Positions 20,218 to 29,228 of a stretch of DNA of 64,000 nucleotides are shown here, one piece after another. Made by a program: the position numbers and the translations under genes. The stretch covers positions 9,186-73,185 of the forward strand of contig CAZCIM010000003.1 of assembly GCA_964498895.1 (NCBI GenBank), in the 5' to 3' direction. Numbering within the stretch: position 1 is the first letter of the stretch; the number at the start of each line of letters is the position of its first letter. Below the pieces are notes generated by a model, which was not told the DNA's origin, ran no database searches, and saw nothing but the letters and a program-made list of their open reading frames with translations. The stretch is from an uncultured Gemmatimonas sp. (GTDB lineage: Bacteria; Gemmatimonadota; Gemmatimonadetes; Gemmatimonadales; Gemmatimonadaceae).

Positions 20218-21699
20218 ATGAAGACTTTCCAGAACTTTATCGCCGGGGCGTGGGTCGAGCCGTCTACCGGCAAGTACCAAGACAACCACAATCCTGCCGA
20301 TACCACCGACGTCATCGGCAAGTTCCCGCTTTCCGGCGCGGCCGACGTGGACCGTGCGGTGCAGTCTGCGGCCCGTGGCTTCGAGGCCTGGAAGCGCATG
20401 CCGGCCCCGGCCCGCGGCGACATCCTCCGTCGCGTCGGTGAGATCCTTACGGCGCGCAAGGAAGAGCTCGCGGACCTCATGACCCGCGAGATGGGCAAGC
20501 CGCTGGCCGAGACCCGCGGCGACGTGCAGGAAGGCATTGATACAGCCTTCTACGCTGCCACCGAGGGCCGCCGCCTCTTCGGCCACACGGTGCCGAGCGA
20601 GCTGCGCAACAAGTGGGCGATGTCCATGCGCCGTCCGATCGGCGTGGCGGGCATCATCACGCCGTTCAACTTCCCGCTGGCCATTCCGACGTGGAAGATC
20701 TTCCCGGCGCTCGTCTGCGGAAACGCCGTGGTGTTCAAGCCCGCCGAGGACGTGCCGCACACGGGGCATGTGTTCGTGGAGATACTCCTCGAGGCCGGCC
20801 TGCCGCCCGAGGTCATCCAACTCGTGCACGGCGATGGCGAAGTCGGCAAGGCGATCGTCGAGCACCCGGGCGTCGCGCTGGTGAGCTTCACCGGTAGCAC
20901 CGAGACGGGCAGCAAGGTCGGCGAGACCTGCGGCCGCCTGCACAAGCGTCTGTCGCTCGAAATGGGCGGAAAGAACGCGCAGATCGTCCTCGACGACGCC
21001 AAGCTCGACCTCGCCCTCGACGGCGTGCTCTGGGGCGCCTTCGGCACCACGGGCCAGCGCTGCACGGCCACGAGCCGCCTCATCCTGCAGGACGGCATCC
21101 ACGACAAGTTCGTGGCCATGCTGATCGAGCGCGCGAAGAAGCTCAAGCTCGGCGACGGTCGCAAGCCCGGAACGGACGTGGGCCCGGTGATCCACGCCGA
21201 GTCCATGAGCAAGATCGAGCGCTACGTGGAGATCGGTCTCGAGGAGAAGTCCGAGCTCGTGCTCGGCGGCCGTCGTGCCACCGGCGCGGGCCTCGACAAG
21301 GGCTTCTTCTTCGAACCGACGATCTTCACCGGCGTGAAGGCCGGCTCGCGGCTCGAGCAGGAAGAGATCTTCGGCCCCGTGCTCAGCGTCATCCGCGTGA
21401 AGGACGCCGATGAGGCCTTCCGCGTGAATAACGGCGTGAAGTACGGCCTCTCCAGCTCGCTGTACACGCAAGACGTGAACCTCGCGTTCCGCGCGATCAA
21501 CGAACTCGACAACGGCATCACGTACATCAACGCGCCGACGATCGGCGCTGAGGCGCATCTGCCCTTCGGCGGCGTGAAGGCCACGGGCAACGGCCATCGC
21601 GAAGGCGGCTGGGAAGTCTACGAGTTCTACTCGGAGACGAAGGTCGGCTACGTGGACTATTCGGGGTCGCTGCAGCGGGCGCAGATCGACAACTACTGA
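20218..21699 (+). CDS. Aldehyde dehydrogenase
   Basis: ITPFNFP, FTGS, LEMGGKN, GQRCTA, EEIFGPV. Confidence 0.95.
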   Translation: MKTFQNFIAGAWVEPSTGKYQDNHNPADTTDVIGKFPLSGAADVDRAVQSAARGFEAWKRMPAPARGDILRRVGEILTARKEELADLMTREMGKPLAETRGDVQEGIDTAFYAATEGRRLFGHTVPSELRNKWAMSMRRPIGVAGIITPFNFPLAIPTWKIFPALVCGNAVVFKPAEDVPHTGHVFVEILLEAGLPPEVIQLVHGDGEVGKAIVEHPGVALVSFTGSTETGSKVGETCGRLHKRLSLEMGGKNAQIVLDDAKLDLALDGVLWGAFGTTGQRCTATSRLILQDGIHDKFVAMLIERAKKLKLGDGRKPGTDVGPVIHAESMSKIERYVEIGLEEKSELVLGGRRATGAGLDKGFFFEPTIFTGVKAGSRLEQEEIFGPVLSVIRVKDADEAFRVNNGVKYGLSSSLYTQDVNLAFRAINELDNGITYINAPTIGAEAHLPFGGVKATGNGHREGGWEVYEFYSETKVGYVDYSGSLQRAQIDNY

Positions 21700-21772
21700 T
21701 GAGACGGGAGACTTGAGACGGGAGACTTGAGACTGGAAGCTCTCAAGTCTCCCGTCTCAAGTCTCAGGTCTC
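21700..21772. repeat. Inverted heptamer array (TGAGACG/GGAGACT x5, then reverse complement x4-5)
   Basis: Seen directly; begins immediately after the ALDH stop codon. Confidence 0.85.
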
Positions 21773-21810
21773 CCTTGCCCGACCTCCCGGCTCCGGTGTA
21801 TCTCCCAAGC

Positions 21811-22608
21811 ATGAGCGCGCAGGACCTACCGCCCGAGACGCCTGGCGTCACGGAAGCGCCGGAGCCGCAGGCGGAGCCGGCCGCCGCTCTGGCCACGGCA
21901 GCGGCCCCACGGCGGCCGTGGTTCCGCTTCCTGCGCAGCGCCTGGGAATGGGCCAAGTCCGTGCAGGTGGCGATCCTGCTCTTCCTGCTCGTGCGCGCCT
22001 TCCTCGTGGAGGCGTTCAAGATTCCCAGCGGTTCCATGGAAGGCACGCTGCTCGTGGGCGACTTCCTGCTCGTGAACAAGCTCGTGTACGGCGCCGAGGT
22101 CCCGCTGCTGGACAAGCGCCTGCCCGCGGTGCGTGATCCCGCGCGGGGCGACGTGGTCGTGTTCCAGTGGCCCGAGGACCCCAAGAAGCACTTCGTGAAG
22201 CGCCTCATCGGCATGCCCGGCGACACGCTCGAGATGCGCCTCGGCACGCTCTACCGGAACGGCGAGCGCCAGGACGAGCCCTACGTGCAGCGCAGCATGG
22301 CGCTGCGCGAGCCCTCGGGCGACGAGTTCCGCTGGCAGCGCGATTACCTCGCCGCAAGCGCCGATGCGCGGGGATACAACCCCACGCGCAACGATTGGGG
22401 ACCGCTCGTCGTGCCGGCGGGCCACTACTTCGTGCTCGGCGACAATCGCGACAACTCGCTGGACAGCCGCTCCTGGGGCTTCGTGCCGGATTCCCTCATG
22501 CGCGGCTCCCCGATGTTCGTGTACTACAGCTACGCCCCCGACAGCGGCGAGGCCTTCGATTGGCTCACGCGGGTCCGCTGGGCGCGGCTGGGCGAATTGA
22601 TCCACTGA
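21811..22608 (+). CDS. lepB: Signal peptidase I
   Basis: IPSGSMEGTL, FVKRLIG, GDNRDNSLDSR. Confidence 0.95.
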   Translation: MSAQDLPPETPGVTEAPEPQAEPAAALATAAAPRRPWFRFLRSAWEWAKSVQVAILLFLLVRAFLVEAFKIPSGSMEGTLLVGDFLLVNKLVYGAEVPLLDKRLPAVRDPARGDVVVFQWPEDPKKHFVKRLIGMPGDTLEMRLGTLYRNGERQDEPYVQRSMALREPSGDEFRWQRDYLAASADARGYNPTRNDWGPLVVPAGHYFVLGDNRDNSLDSRSWGFVPDSLMRGSPMFVYYSYAPDSGEAFDWLTRVRWARLGELIH

Positions 22609-22693
22609 CCGCGCCGCCGGCGGGGAGCTTCCGCCGCGCGCGTACGGCCTGCACATTGAGCGCATCGGTACCGACGTCCCCCGGAGGAGCAGG

Positions 22694-23554
22694 ATGGCAG
22701 GTGGCACGCCCCGCAAGCAGCGCTTCGACGAAGGCTCGCTCGACCAATACCTGCGCGACATCAGCATTTACCCGCTGATCTCCCGCGAGGATGAGGTCCG
22801 CCTCGCGCAGTGCATCCGCGTCGGCGACCAAGAAGCCCTCGACACGCTCGTGCGGTCGAACCTGCGCTTCGTCGTCTCGGTCGCCAAGAAGTATCAGAAC
22901 CAGGGCGTGAACCTCTCGGACCTGATCAACGAGGGCAACCTCGGCCTCATCCGCGCGGCGCATAAGTTCGACGAGACCAAGGGCATCAAGTTCATCTCGT
23001 ACGCCGTGTGGTGGATCCGGCAGGCCATCCTCCAAGCGCTGGCCGAGCAGAGCCGCATCGTGCGCGTGCCGCTCAACCGCGCCGGCACGCTGCACAAGAT
23101 CGGCAAGCGCGCCACCGCGCTGCTCCAGGAGCTGGGGCGCGAGGCCACGCACGCCGAGATCGCCGAGGGCATGGAGATCACCGAGGAAGAGGTCGCCAAG
23201 ACCATGGCGATCTCGCAGACGCACATCTCGCTCGACGCGCCGATGGCGCCCGGCGAGGACAACCGGTTGATGGACTACATCCCGGACACCGAGAGCGCGT
23301 CGCCGGACGACGAGACCTTCGACAAGGCGCTCACGGATTCCGTGCAGGAGGCCCTCGCCGGCCTCAAGGAGCGCGAGGCCAAGATCCTGCGCCTCTACTT
23401 CGGCCTCGACGGCGCCGAGCCGATGACGCTCGAGCAGATCGGAGCCGTGCTGAACATCACGCGGGAGCGGGTGCGGCAGATCAAGGAGAAGGCGCTCAGT
23501 CGGTTGCGGCATGTGAGCCGGGCGCGGGCGCTGGAGTCGTACCTCGGGGAATAG
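22694..23554 (+). CDS. RNA polymerase sigma-70 factor, RpoD/SigA family (no region 1.1)
   Basis: YLRDI, NLRFVVSVAKKY, KFISYAVWWIRQ, TRERVRQIKEKAL. Confidence 0.93.
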   Translation: MAGGTPRKQRFDEGSLDQYLRDISIYPLISREDEVRLAQCIRVGDQEALDTLVRSNLRFVVSVAKKYQNQGVNLSDLINEGNLGLIRAAHKFDETKGIKFISYAVWWIRQAILQALAEQSRIVRVPLNRAGTLHKIGKRATALLQELGREATHAEIAEGMEITEEEVAKTMAISQTHISLDAPMAPGEDNRLMDYIPDTESASPDDETFDKALTDSVQEALAGLKEREAKILRLYFGLDGAEPMTLEQIGAVLNITRERVRQIKEKALSRLRHVSRARALESYLGE

Positions 23555-23742
23555 ACGTGAGACTTGAGACGTGAGACTTGAGAGGGCGCGGCGGTAGCTT
23601 CGGCTCCGCGCGCCCTCTTTTTCCTGCAGGAGGTGGCCTCCAGGGCTGCTAGCGGCGAGATTTCAGTCACGAGCGGAGATGCGGAGCGGCTCGCACCGTT
23701 CACCTCTCATGTCTCAAGTCTCACGTCTCCAGTCTCACGTCC
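23552..23742. repeat. Inverted heptamer arrays (23552-23585 and 23705-23742)
   Basis: TAGACG TGAGACT TGAGACG TGAGACT ... TCTCATG TCTCAAG TCTCACG TCTCCAG TCTCACG; runs from the sigma stop to the yajQ ATG. Confidence 0.85.
23581..23622 (+). terminator. Intrinsic terminator after the sigma gene
   Basis: AGAGGGCGCG..TTCG..CGCGCCCTCT followed by TTTT. Confidence 0.75.
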
Positions 23743-24246
23743 ATGGCAAAAGACGCCTCCTTCGACATCACCACCAGCGTCGACCTCCAAGAAGTCGACA
23801 ACGCCGTCAATCAGGCGTCCAAGGAGATCGCGCAGCGCTACGACTTCAAAGACGCCAAGCTGGCGACCGTGGAGTTCAAGCGCGCTGAGGGTGTGGTGAA
23901 GCTGTCGAGCGATACCGACATGCGGCTGCGTGCGATGTTCGACATCCTGCAGTCGAAGCTCATCAAGCGCGGCGTGCCGGTGCAGAACCTCGACGCCGGT
24001 GAGCCCACGCCGGGCGGCGGCGACACCTGGCACCGCGACATCAAGCTCAAGCAGGCCCTCGACGCCGAGACCTGCAAGAAGGTCGTCGCGGCGATCAAGG
24101 CGCAGAAGTTCAAGAAGGTGCAGGCGTCCATCCAGGGCGACACGGTGCGCGTCTCGGCGCCAGACCGCGACGAGCTGCAGGCGGTCATCGCGTTCTGCCG
24201 CGGCGAGGACTTTGGCGTGGCCCTCTCGTTCGGCAACTACCGGTGA
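23743..24246 (+). CDS. yajQ: YajQ-family nucleotide/c-di-GMP-binding protein
   Basis: SFDI..VDLQEVDNAVNQA..QRYDFK, VQASIQGDTVRVS..RDELQ, FGNYR. Confidence 0.93.
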   Translation: MAKDASFDITTSVDLQEVDNAVNQASKEIAQRYDFKDAKLATVEFKRAEGVVKLSSDTDMRLRAMFDILQSKLIKRGVPVQNLDAGEPTPGGGDTWHRDIKLKQALDAETCKKVVAAIKAQKFKKVQASIQGDTVRVSAPDRDELQAVIAFCRGEDFGVALSFGNYR

Positions 24247-25637
24247 GAGTCAAGCTCGTCACCCTCGGTTGCGACAAGAACACCGTCGACTCCGAACGCT
24301 ACCTCGCGCAGCTGCTCGACCACGGGGCGGAGCAGGTGGAGGACGCAGAGCGGGCCGAGCTGATCATCGTCAACACCTGCGGGTTCATTGACGCGGCCAA
24401 GGCGGAGAGCATTGACGCCATCGTCGCGGCGGGGCGCCTAAAGGGGCAGGGCGCGGCGCAGGCCGTGGTGGCCGTGGGCTGCATGGTCGAGCGGCACAAG
24501 GACGAACTCGTCGAGGCGCTCCCGGAAGTGGATCTCTTTCTCGGCGCCTCCGAGACCGAGCAGTTGCTACCGAAGCTGCGCGAGCGCGGATTGATCGGCG
24601 ATCCGGTCGTGCAGCATCCGGGCGTGCGCGTGCACGCGGGCGACACGCCGTTCGTGCGCTATCTCAAGGTGAGCGAGGGCTGCGATCACGGCTGCGCCTT
24701 CTGTGCGATTCCCTTGATGCGCGGCAAGCACCGCAGCTTTGCACCCGACGAGGTGGTGAAGGAAGCGCAGTTGCTCGAGCTCCAGGGTGCGCGCGAGGTG
24801 AATCTCGTCGCGCAGGACTTGGCGCACTACGGCTGCGACCTGCGCGACCAGAACGTGCGCCTGCCCGAGCTGCTCGAAGCCCTGCTGCGCGAGACCTCGA
24901 TCCCGTGGATTCGCAACATGTACCTCTACTCCGCCGGCATCACGCCGCGGCTGTTGGAGGTTATCGCGAACAATCCGCGCATCGTGCCGTATCTCGACAT
25001 GCCGATCCAGCACGCGAGCGATGCGGTGCTCGAGCGCATGCGCCGGCCCGAGCGGCAGAAGACCATCCGCGAGAAGGTCGCGCGCTTCCGAGAGGCGGTG
25101 CCGGGCGTGGCGATCCGCACCACCTGCATCGTCGGGTTCCCCGGCGAGACGCTCGACGACTTCCAGCAGCTCGTGGACTTCCTGATGGAGACGCAGTTCG
25201 AGCGCGTCGGCGTGTTCACCTACTCGCCGCAGGAAGGCACGCGCGGCGCCCAGCTGGTGGACGACGTTCCCGAGAGCGAGAAGCTGCGCCGGCTGGAAAT
25301 CGTGCAGGAACTGCAACGCCACATCACGGCCGAGCGCTACGAATCGCGCATCGGTACGGTAGCACCGGCGTTGATCGAAGCCGCGGCCACCGACGATGCG
25401 CCCGCGCGGGCGCGCCTGCCCTGGCAGGCGGATGACATCGACGGCGTGACGTGGATCGAGACGGACGCCGCTGCGGGCAGCATCGTCGAGGTCGAGGTGA
25501 ATGAAGTCGTGGACGACTACGACTTCACGGCGACGTATCGGCGCACGCTCATCGCGCCGCCGAGCGCGGACGCGGCGCGCAGCACGCGCGGGCGCGCTTT
25601 GCCGATGCTCGGCTCCATCGGGAGCTTCGGTCGGTGA
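24243..25637 (+). CDS. rimO: Ribosomal protein uS12 methylthiotransferase
   Basis: LGCDKNTVDSE, NTCGFI, EGCDHGCAFCAIP, C-terminal TRAM-like domain. Confidence 0.93.
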   Translation: MRVKLVTLGCDKNTVDSERYLAQLLDHGAEQVEDAERAELIIVNTCGFIDAAKAESIDAIVAAGRLKGQGAAQAVVAVGCMVERHKDELVEALPEVDLFLGASETEQLLPKLRERGLIGDPVVQHPGVRVHAGDTPFVRYLKVSEGCDHGCAFCAIPLMRGKHRSFAPDEVVKEAQLLELQGAREVNLVAQDLAHYGCDLRDQNVRLPELLEALLRETSIPWIRNMYLYSAGITPRLLEVIANNPRIVPYLDMPIQHASDAVLERMRRPERQKTIREKVARFREAVPGVAIRTTCIVGFPGETLDDFQQLVDFLMETQFERVGVFTYSPQEGTRGAQLVDDVPESEKLRRLEIVQELQRHITAERYESRIGTVAPALIEAAATDDAPARARLPWQADDIDGVTWIETDAAAGSIVEVEVNEVVDDYDFTATYRRTLIAPPSADAARSTRGRALPMLGSIGSFGR

Positions 25638-26782
25638 GGCGGGGCGCGCGTCGCGGGTGGACGCGCGCGGGTCATCGCGGGGCCCTGGCTTTGGCCGCCG
25701 CCTCGCTGTGTGTCGCGCTGGCCTGCGCCCCGCGCGTCCCGCGGACGGCCGCGGGCTCGCGGAATCCCGCCGTGCGGGTCGCCCTCGGCATCGCGCGCGA
25801 CGGAGAGCTCCCCGCGCAGCTGACGCCCCGCGGCCCCGAGCTCGTCCGCTTCAAGGGCAAGCGCTATCGCGGCATCCTGCGCACGATCAGCACGGACAGC
25901 GGCACCTTGGTCGTGAACGTCGTGACGCTCGAGGACTATCTCAAAGGTGTCGTCCCGCTCGAGCTGGGGGAGCGCCCCGAAAGTGAGCGCGCCGCACTCG
26001 AGGCACAGGCGATCGCCGCGCGCTCGTACACGGTGTCGCGCCTGAGTGCGGCGCGCGACGGGCGCGGGCGCAGCGAGCACTTCGACCTCGTACCGTCCAC
26101 GGCGGACCAAGTCTACGGCGGCGCGGACGCCGAGCGGCAGAACGCCAGCGCCGCGGTGGAGGCGACGCGAGGCACGGTGCTGCTCTTCGGCGGCCGCGTG
26201 ATCGCTGCGCCCTACTCCTCGGCCTGCGGCGGCGAGACCGCGCCGGCCGAGGAGGCGTGGAATGGGCAGCCCGTCGCGTATCTCCGGCGCGTCAGCGATC
26301 GCATCGGGCGCTCGGACCGCTACTACTGCGACATCGCGCCGCGCTTCTACTGGGAGCGGCAGTTCTCCGGCGCCGAGATCGACGCGGCCGTCGCGCGGTA
26401 CCTGCGCAGCGTCACGCGGGTGCCGAGCGACGGTCCCGGGGGCGTGCAGTCCCTGCGGGTGGCCCAGCGCTTCCGCAGCGGGCGGGTGCAGGTCCTCGAA
26501 CTGCGGACCGACCGCGGCACCTTCGACCTCGGGGGCAACGAGGCGCGGTCTGTCCTCCGGTCGCCCAGTGGCGAGCTGTTGCCCAGCTCCTATTTTTCGG
26601 TGTCTACCGAGGGCGCCGAGGGTTCGCTCACGCGGGTGCTGCTGCGCGGCAACGGCTACGGACACGGCGTCGGGCTGTGTCAGTGGGGTGCCATCGGCAG
26701 GGCGAGGGCGGGGCAGAGTGCCCGCGCGATTCTCCGTACGTACTTTCCCGGCACGACGATCGGTCCGCTGCCGTCGCTGTAG
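25634..26782 (+). CDS. SpoIID/LytB-domain lytic transglycosylase
   Basis: LEDYLKGVVPLE, ALEAQAIAARSY, GYGHGVGLCQWGA. Confidence 0.9.
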   Translation: MRRGARRGWTRAGHRGALALAAASLCVALACAPRVPRTAAGSRNPAVRVALGIARDGELPAQLTPRGPELVRFKGKRYRGILRTISTDSGTLVVNVVTLEDYLKGVVPLELGERPESERAALEAQAIAARSYTVSRLSAARDGRGRSEHFDLVPSTADQVYGGADAERQNASAAVEATRGTVLLFGGRVIAAPYSSACGGETAPAEEAWNGQPVAYLRRVSDRIGRSDRYYCDIAPRFYWERQFSGAEIDAAVARYLRSVTRVPSDGPGGVQSLRVAQRFRSGRVQVLELRTDRGTFDLGGNEARSVLRSPSGELLPSSYFSVSTEGAEGSLTRVLLRGNGYGHGVGLCQWGAIGRARAGQSARAILRTYFPGTTIGPLPSL

Positions 26783-26894
26783 GTCCTGACTCGGCGTAGT
26801 CCTGCCAAAGGCTCGCTGCCGTTTCGTTGCGGTTCCGTTGCTGGCTCGCGTCTCCCTGTCGGTCCGTCGCTTCCCCGTCGCCCACTCGCCTCCT

Positions 26895-27911
26895 GTGCCC
26901 AGCCCCACCACCGGTCCCGTCCGTTTTGGCGTCCTCGGCCTCGGTGCCATCGCGCAGACCGCGCACCTACCCGCCCTCTCGAAGATGCGCGGTGCCGAGA
27001 TCGTCGCGCTCTGTGACAACGACGCCGCCAAGGCCCGCGGCATTGCCCAGCGCTTCGGGGTGAAGACCTGGTGCACGGACATTGACGACCTGCTGGAGGT
27101 CCCCGACCTCGACGCGGTGGTCGTGTGCTCGCCCAACCACGCGCACGAGGTGCACACGCTCTCGGCGCTCAAGGCGGGCAAGCATGTGTTGGTGGAACGG
27201 CCCTTCGCGCTCTCGGCCAAGGGTGTGGAGCGCTTGGTAGCGGCCGCGGACAAGGCCGATCGCCTGCTGATGGTGGCGAACAACCATCGCTTCCGCCTCG
27301 ACGCGCAGACGCTGGACCGCTTCCTGCGCGGCGGTGAGCTCGGCAAGCTCGTCGCGGTGCGTGCGGGCGCCTACCGCCGCCACGGCCCCACGGCGCCCTG
27401 GCGCCAGCGGCGGCAGGAGGCCGGCGGCGGCGCGTTCCTCGAGCTCGGGCTCCCGCTGCTCGACCTCGCCGGCTGGCTCACCGACTTCCCGCGCGTCACG
27501 CGCGTGAGTGCGGCCGTCGAGCGCGCGCGCGGCGCAAACGCCGTGGAAGAGGCGCTGTTCGCGATGATCGAATGCCACGGTGGGTTCACCGTCACGATCG
27601 ATACGCGCTGGAACTACGTCGGCGACGAGGACCGCTGGTGGTTCGAGGTCATCGGCACGCAGGGCTCGGCCCGGCTTTCGCCGCTGCGCATCACGAAGGT
27701 GATCAACGGCCAGTCCGTGGACGTGTCGCCCAGCGGCGCCGCCCAGCGCGACAGCGCGACGATGCAGAGCTATCGCAGCGAGCTCGCGCACTTCCTCTCG
27801 GTGCTGCGCGGCGAGACCGCGATGGATACGCACAAGGATCAGGTGCGCGTGTACAAGCTGCTGGATGTGATTTACAAGGCGGCGGATGAGGCGAAGGAAA
27901 TCCGGGTCTAG
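26895..27911 (+). CDS. Gfo/Idh/MocA oxidoreductase
   Basis: GVLGLGAIA, AGKHVLVERP, AGGGAFLELG; start uncertain (26838-26895). Confidence 0.88.
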   Translation: MPSPTTGPVRFGVLGLGAIAQTAHLPALSKMRGAEIVALCDNDAAKARGIAQRFGVKTWCTDIDDLLEVPDLDAVVVCSPNHAHEVHTLSALKAGKHVLVERPFALSAKGVERLVAAADKADRLLMVANNHRFRLDAQTLDRFLRGGELGKLVAVRAGAYRRHGPTAPWRQRRQEAGGGAFLELGLPLLDLAGWLTDFPRVTRVSAAVERARGANAVEEALFAMIECHGGFTVTIDTRWNYVGDEDRWWFEVIGTQGSARLSPLRITKVINGQSVDVSPSGAAQRDSATMQSYRSELAHFLSVLRGETAMDTHKDQVRVYKLLDVIYKAADEAKEIRV

Positions 27912-28088
27912 ACGTGAGACATGAGACGTGAGACTTGAGGCGTGAGACTTCAGACGGATAACCGAGGCTCGGCCCTTCGGCGCGTGGCGAGCCTTCTCGC
28001 CGCCGCCGCGGCCCTGTTGCTTCCGTCATCCGTCATCCGTCCCCTTTCCGCACAGGCCCCAAGTCTCCCGTCTCAAGTCTCAAGTCTC
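27909..28088. repeat. Inverted heptamer arrays (27909-27956 and 28062-28088)
   Basis: TAGACG TGAGACA TGAGACG TGAGACT TGAGGCG TGAGACT TCAGACG ... AGTCTCC CGTCTCA AGTCTCA AGTCTCC. Confidence 0.85.
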
Positions 28089-29228
28089 CGCATCAGCGTC
28101 CTCACCTTCGGCCCCGGCGATCTCGTCTTCGAGCGCTTCGGCCACAACGCGCTGCGCATCGTCGATCTCTCCACGGGCAGCGACCTCGCCTACAACTGGG
28201 GGATGTTCAGCTTCAGCCAGCCGAACTTCCTCGGACGATTCCTCTCCGGCGACACGCAGTACTGGGTGGAGGCCTTCCCCTCGCAGCCGCTGATCGACTT
28301 CTACGCCTCGCAGGACCGCGAGAGCGTGGAGCAGGTACTGAACCTCACGCCCGGGGAAGCGGCGGAGCTCAAGGCCTTCGTCGAGCAGAACGTGCGTGAG
28401 GAGAACAAGTACTACCGCTATCAGTACTTCCTCGACAACTGCTCCACGCGGCTGCGCGACGCGTTGGACCGCGTGATGGGTGGGTCGTTGGCGCGACGCT
28501 TCGTGCCCATCACGACCACCTGGTCATACCGCGACGAATCCATCCGGCTCACGGGCCCGACGTACTACTCGCAGCTCGGCATCGAACTCGCGCTCGGCCC
28601 CTCGGCCGATGAGCCGCTGACCGCCTGGCAGGCGATGTTCGTGCCCATGCGCCTCCGCGACTACCTCCGCGATGTGACGGTGGCCGCGCCCGCCGGAGGC
28701 ACGCAGCCCCTCGTCGCGCAGGAAGTCGTGCTGCACACACCCACCGCCCGCGCGCCCGAGCCCGCCCAGCGGCGTGGCCTCACGCTCGGCGCCCTCGGCC
28801 CCGTCCTCGGCGCGTGGATGCTGATGCTCGTGCCCACGACGGCCGCCGCGCGGCGCAAGCGGCGCGTCGCCGCGGCGGTGATGGCGGCCGTGTTCTACGG
28901 CCTCGTGGGCATCCTCGGCTGCGTGCTGCTCGGCATGTGGCTGTTCTCCGCCCACACCTTCTGGTACGGCAACCTCACGCTGCTCCTCTGTTCGCCGCTG
29001 GCCTTGGTGGCGGCCGTGCTTGCCGCGCGCGCCGTGTGGCGTGGGGAACGGTCGCGCGTGGCCGTCGCGGTGATCGGTGCGGTGACGGCGATGGCGCTGC
29101 TCGCGCTGCTGCTTGCGCCGTTCGTGTCGCAGCGGCTGGCGGGGCCGCTGTTCGTGCTGCTCCCGGCGCACGTCGGGCTCGCCCTCGCGATCTGGCGCCA
29201 CACGGCGCCGTCGGTCCAAGCCCGCTGA
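27984..29228 (+). CDS. DUF4105/Lnb-like membrane protein
   Basis: FGHNALRI, YNWGMF, YRYQYFLDNCSTR, C-terminal TM helices; start 27942 or 27984. Confidence 0.8.
   Translation: MASLLAAAAALLLPSSVIRPLSAQAPSLPSQVSSLRISVLTFGPGDLVFERFGHNALRIVDLSTGSDLAYNWGMFSFSQPNFLGRFLSGDTQYWVEAFPSQPLIDFYASQDRESVEQVLNLTPGEAAELKAFVEQNVREENKYYRYQYFLDNCSTRLRDALDRVMGGSLARRFVPITTTWSYRDESIRLTGPTYYSQLGIELALGPSADEPLTAWQAMFVPMRLRDYLRDVTVAAPAGGTQPLVAQEVVLHTPTARAPEPAQRRGLTLGALGPVLGAWMLMLVPTTAAARRKRRVAAAVMAAVFYGLVGILGCVLLGMWLFSAHTFWYGNLTLLLCSPLALVAAVLAARAVWRGERSRVAVAVIGAVTAMALLALLLAPFVSQRLAGPLFVLLPAHVGLALAIWRHTAPSVQAR

Noticed and set aside
20197-21597. Apparent 632-aa fusion ending in a GNAT domain
   Set aside because: The N-terminal part is the antisense of the ALDH gene; the real gene starts at 20196.
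25634-26782. SpoIID as evidence of sporulation
   Set aside because: SpoIID/LytB domains are common in non-sporulating bacteria.
21700-28088. Heptamer arrays as a CRISPR locus
   Set aside because: 7-bp units with no unique spacers and no cas genes.
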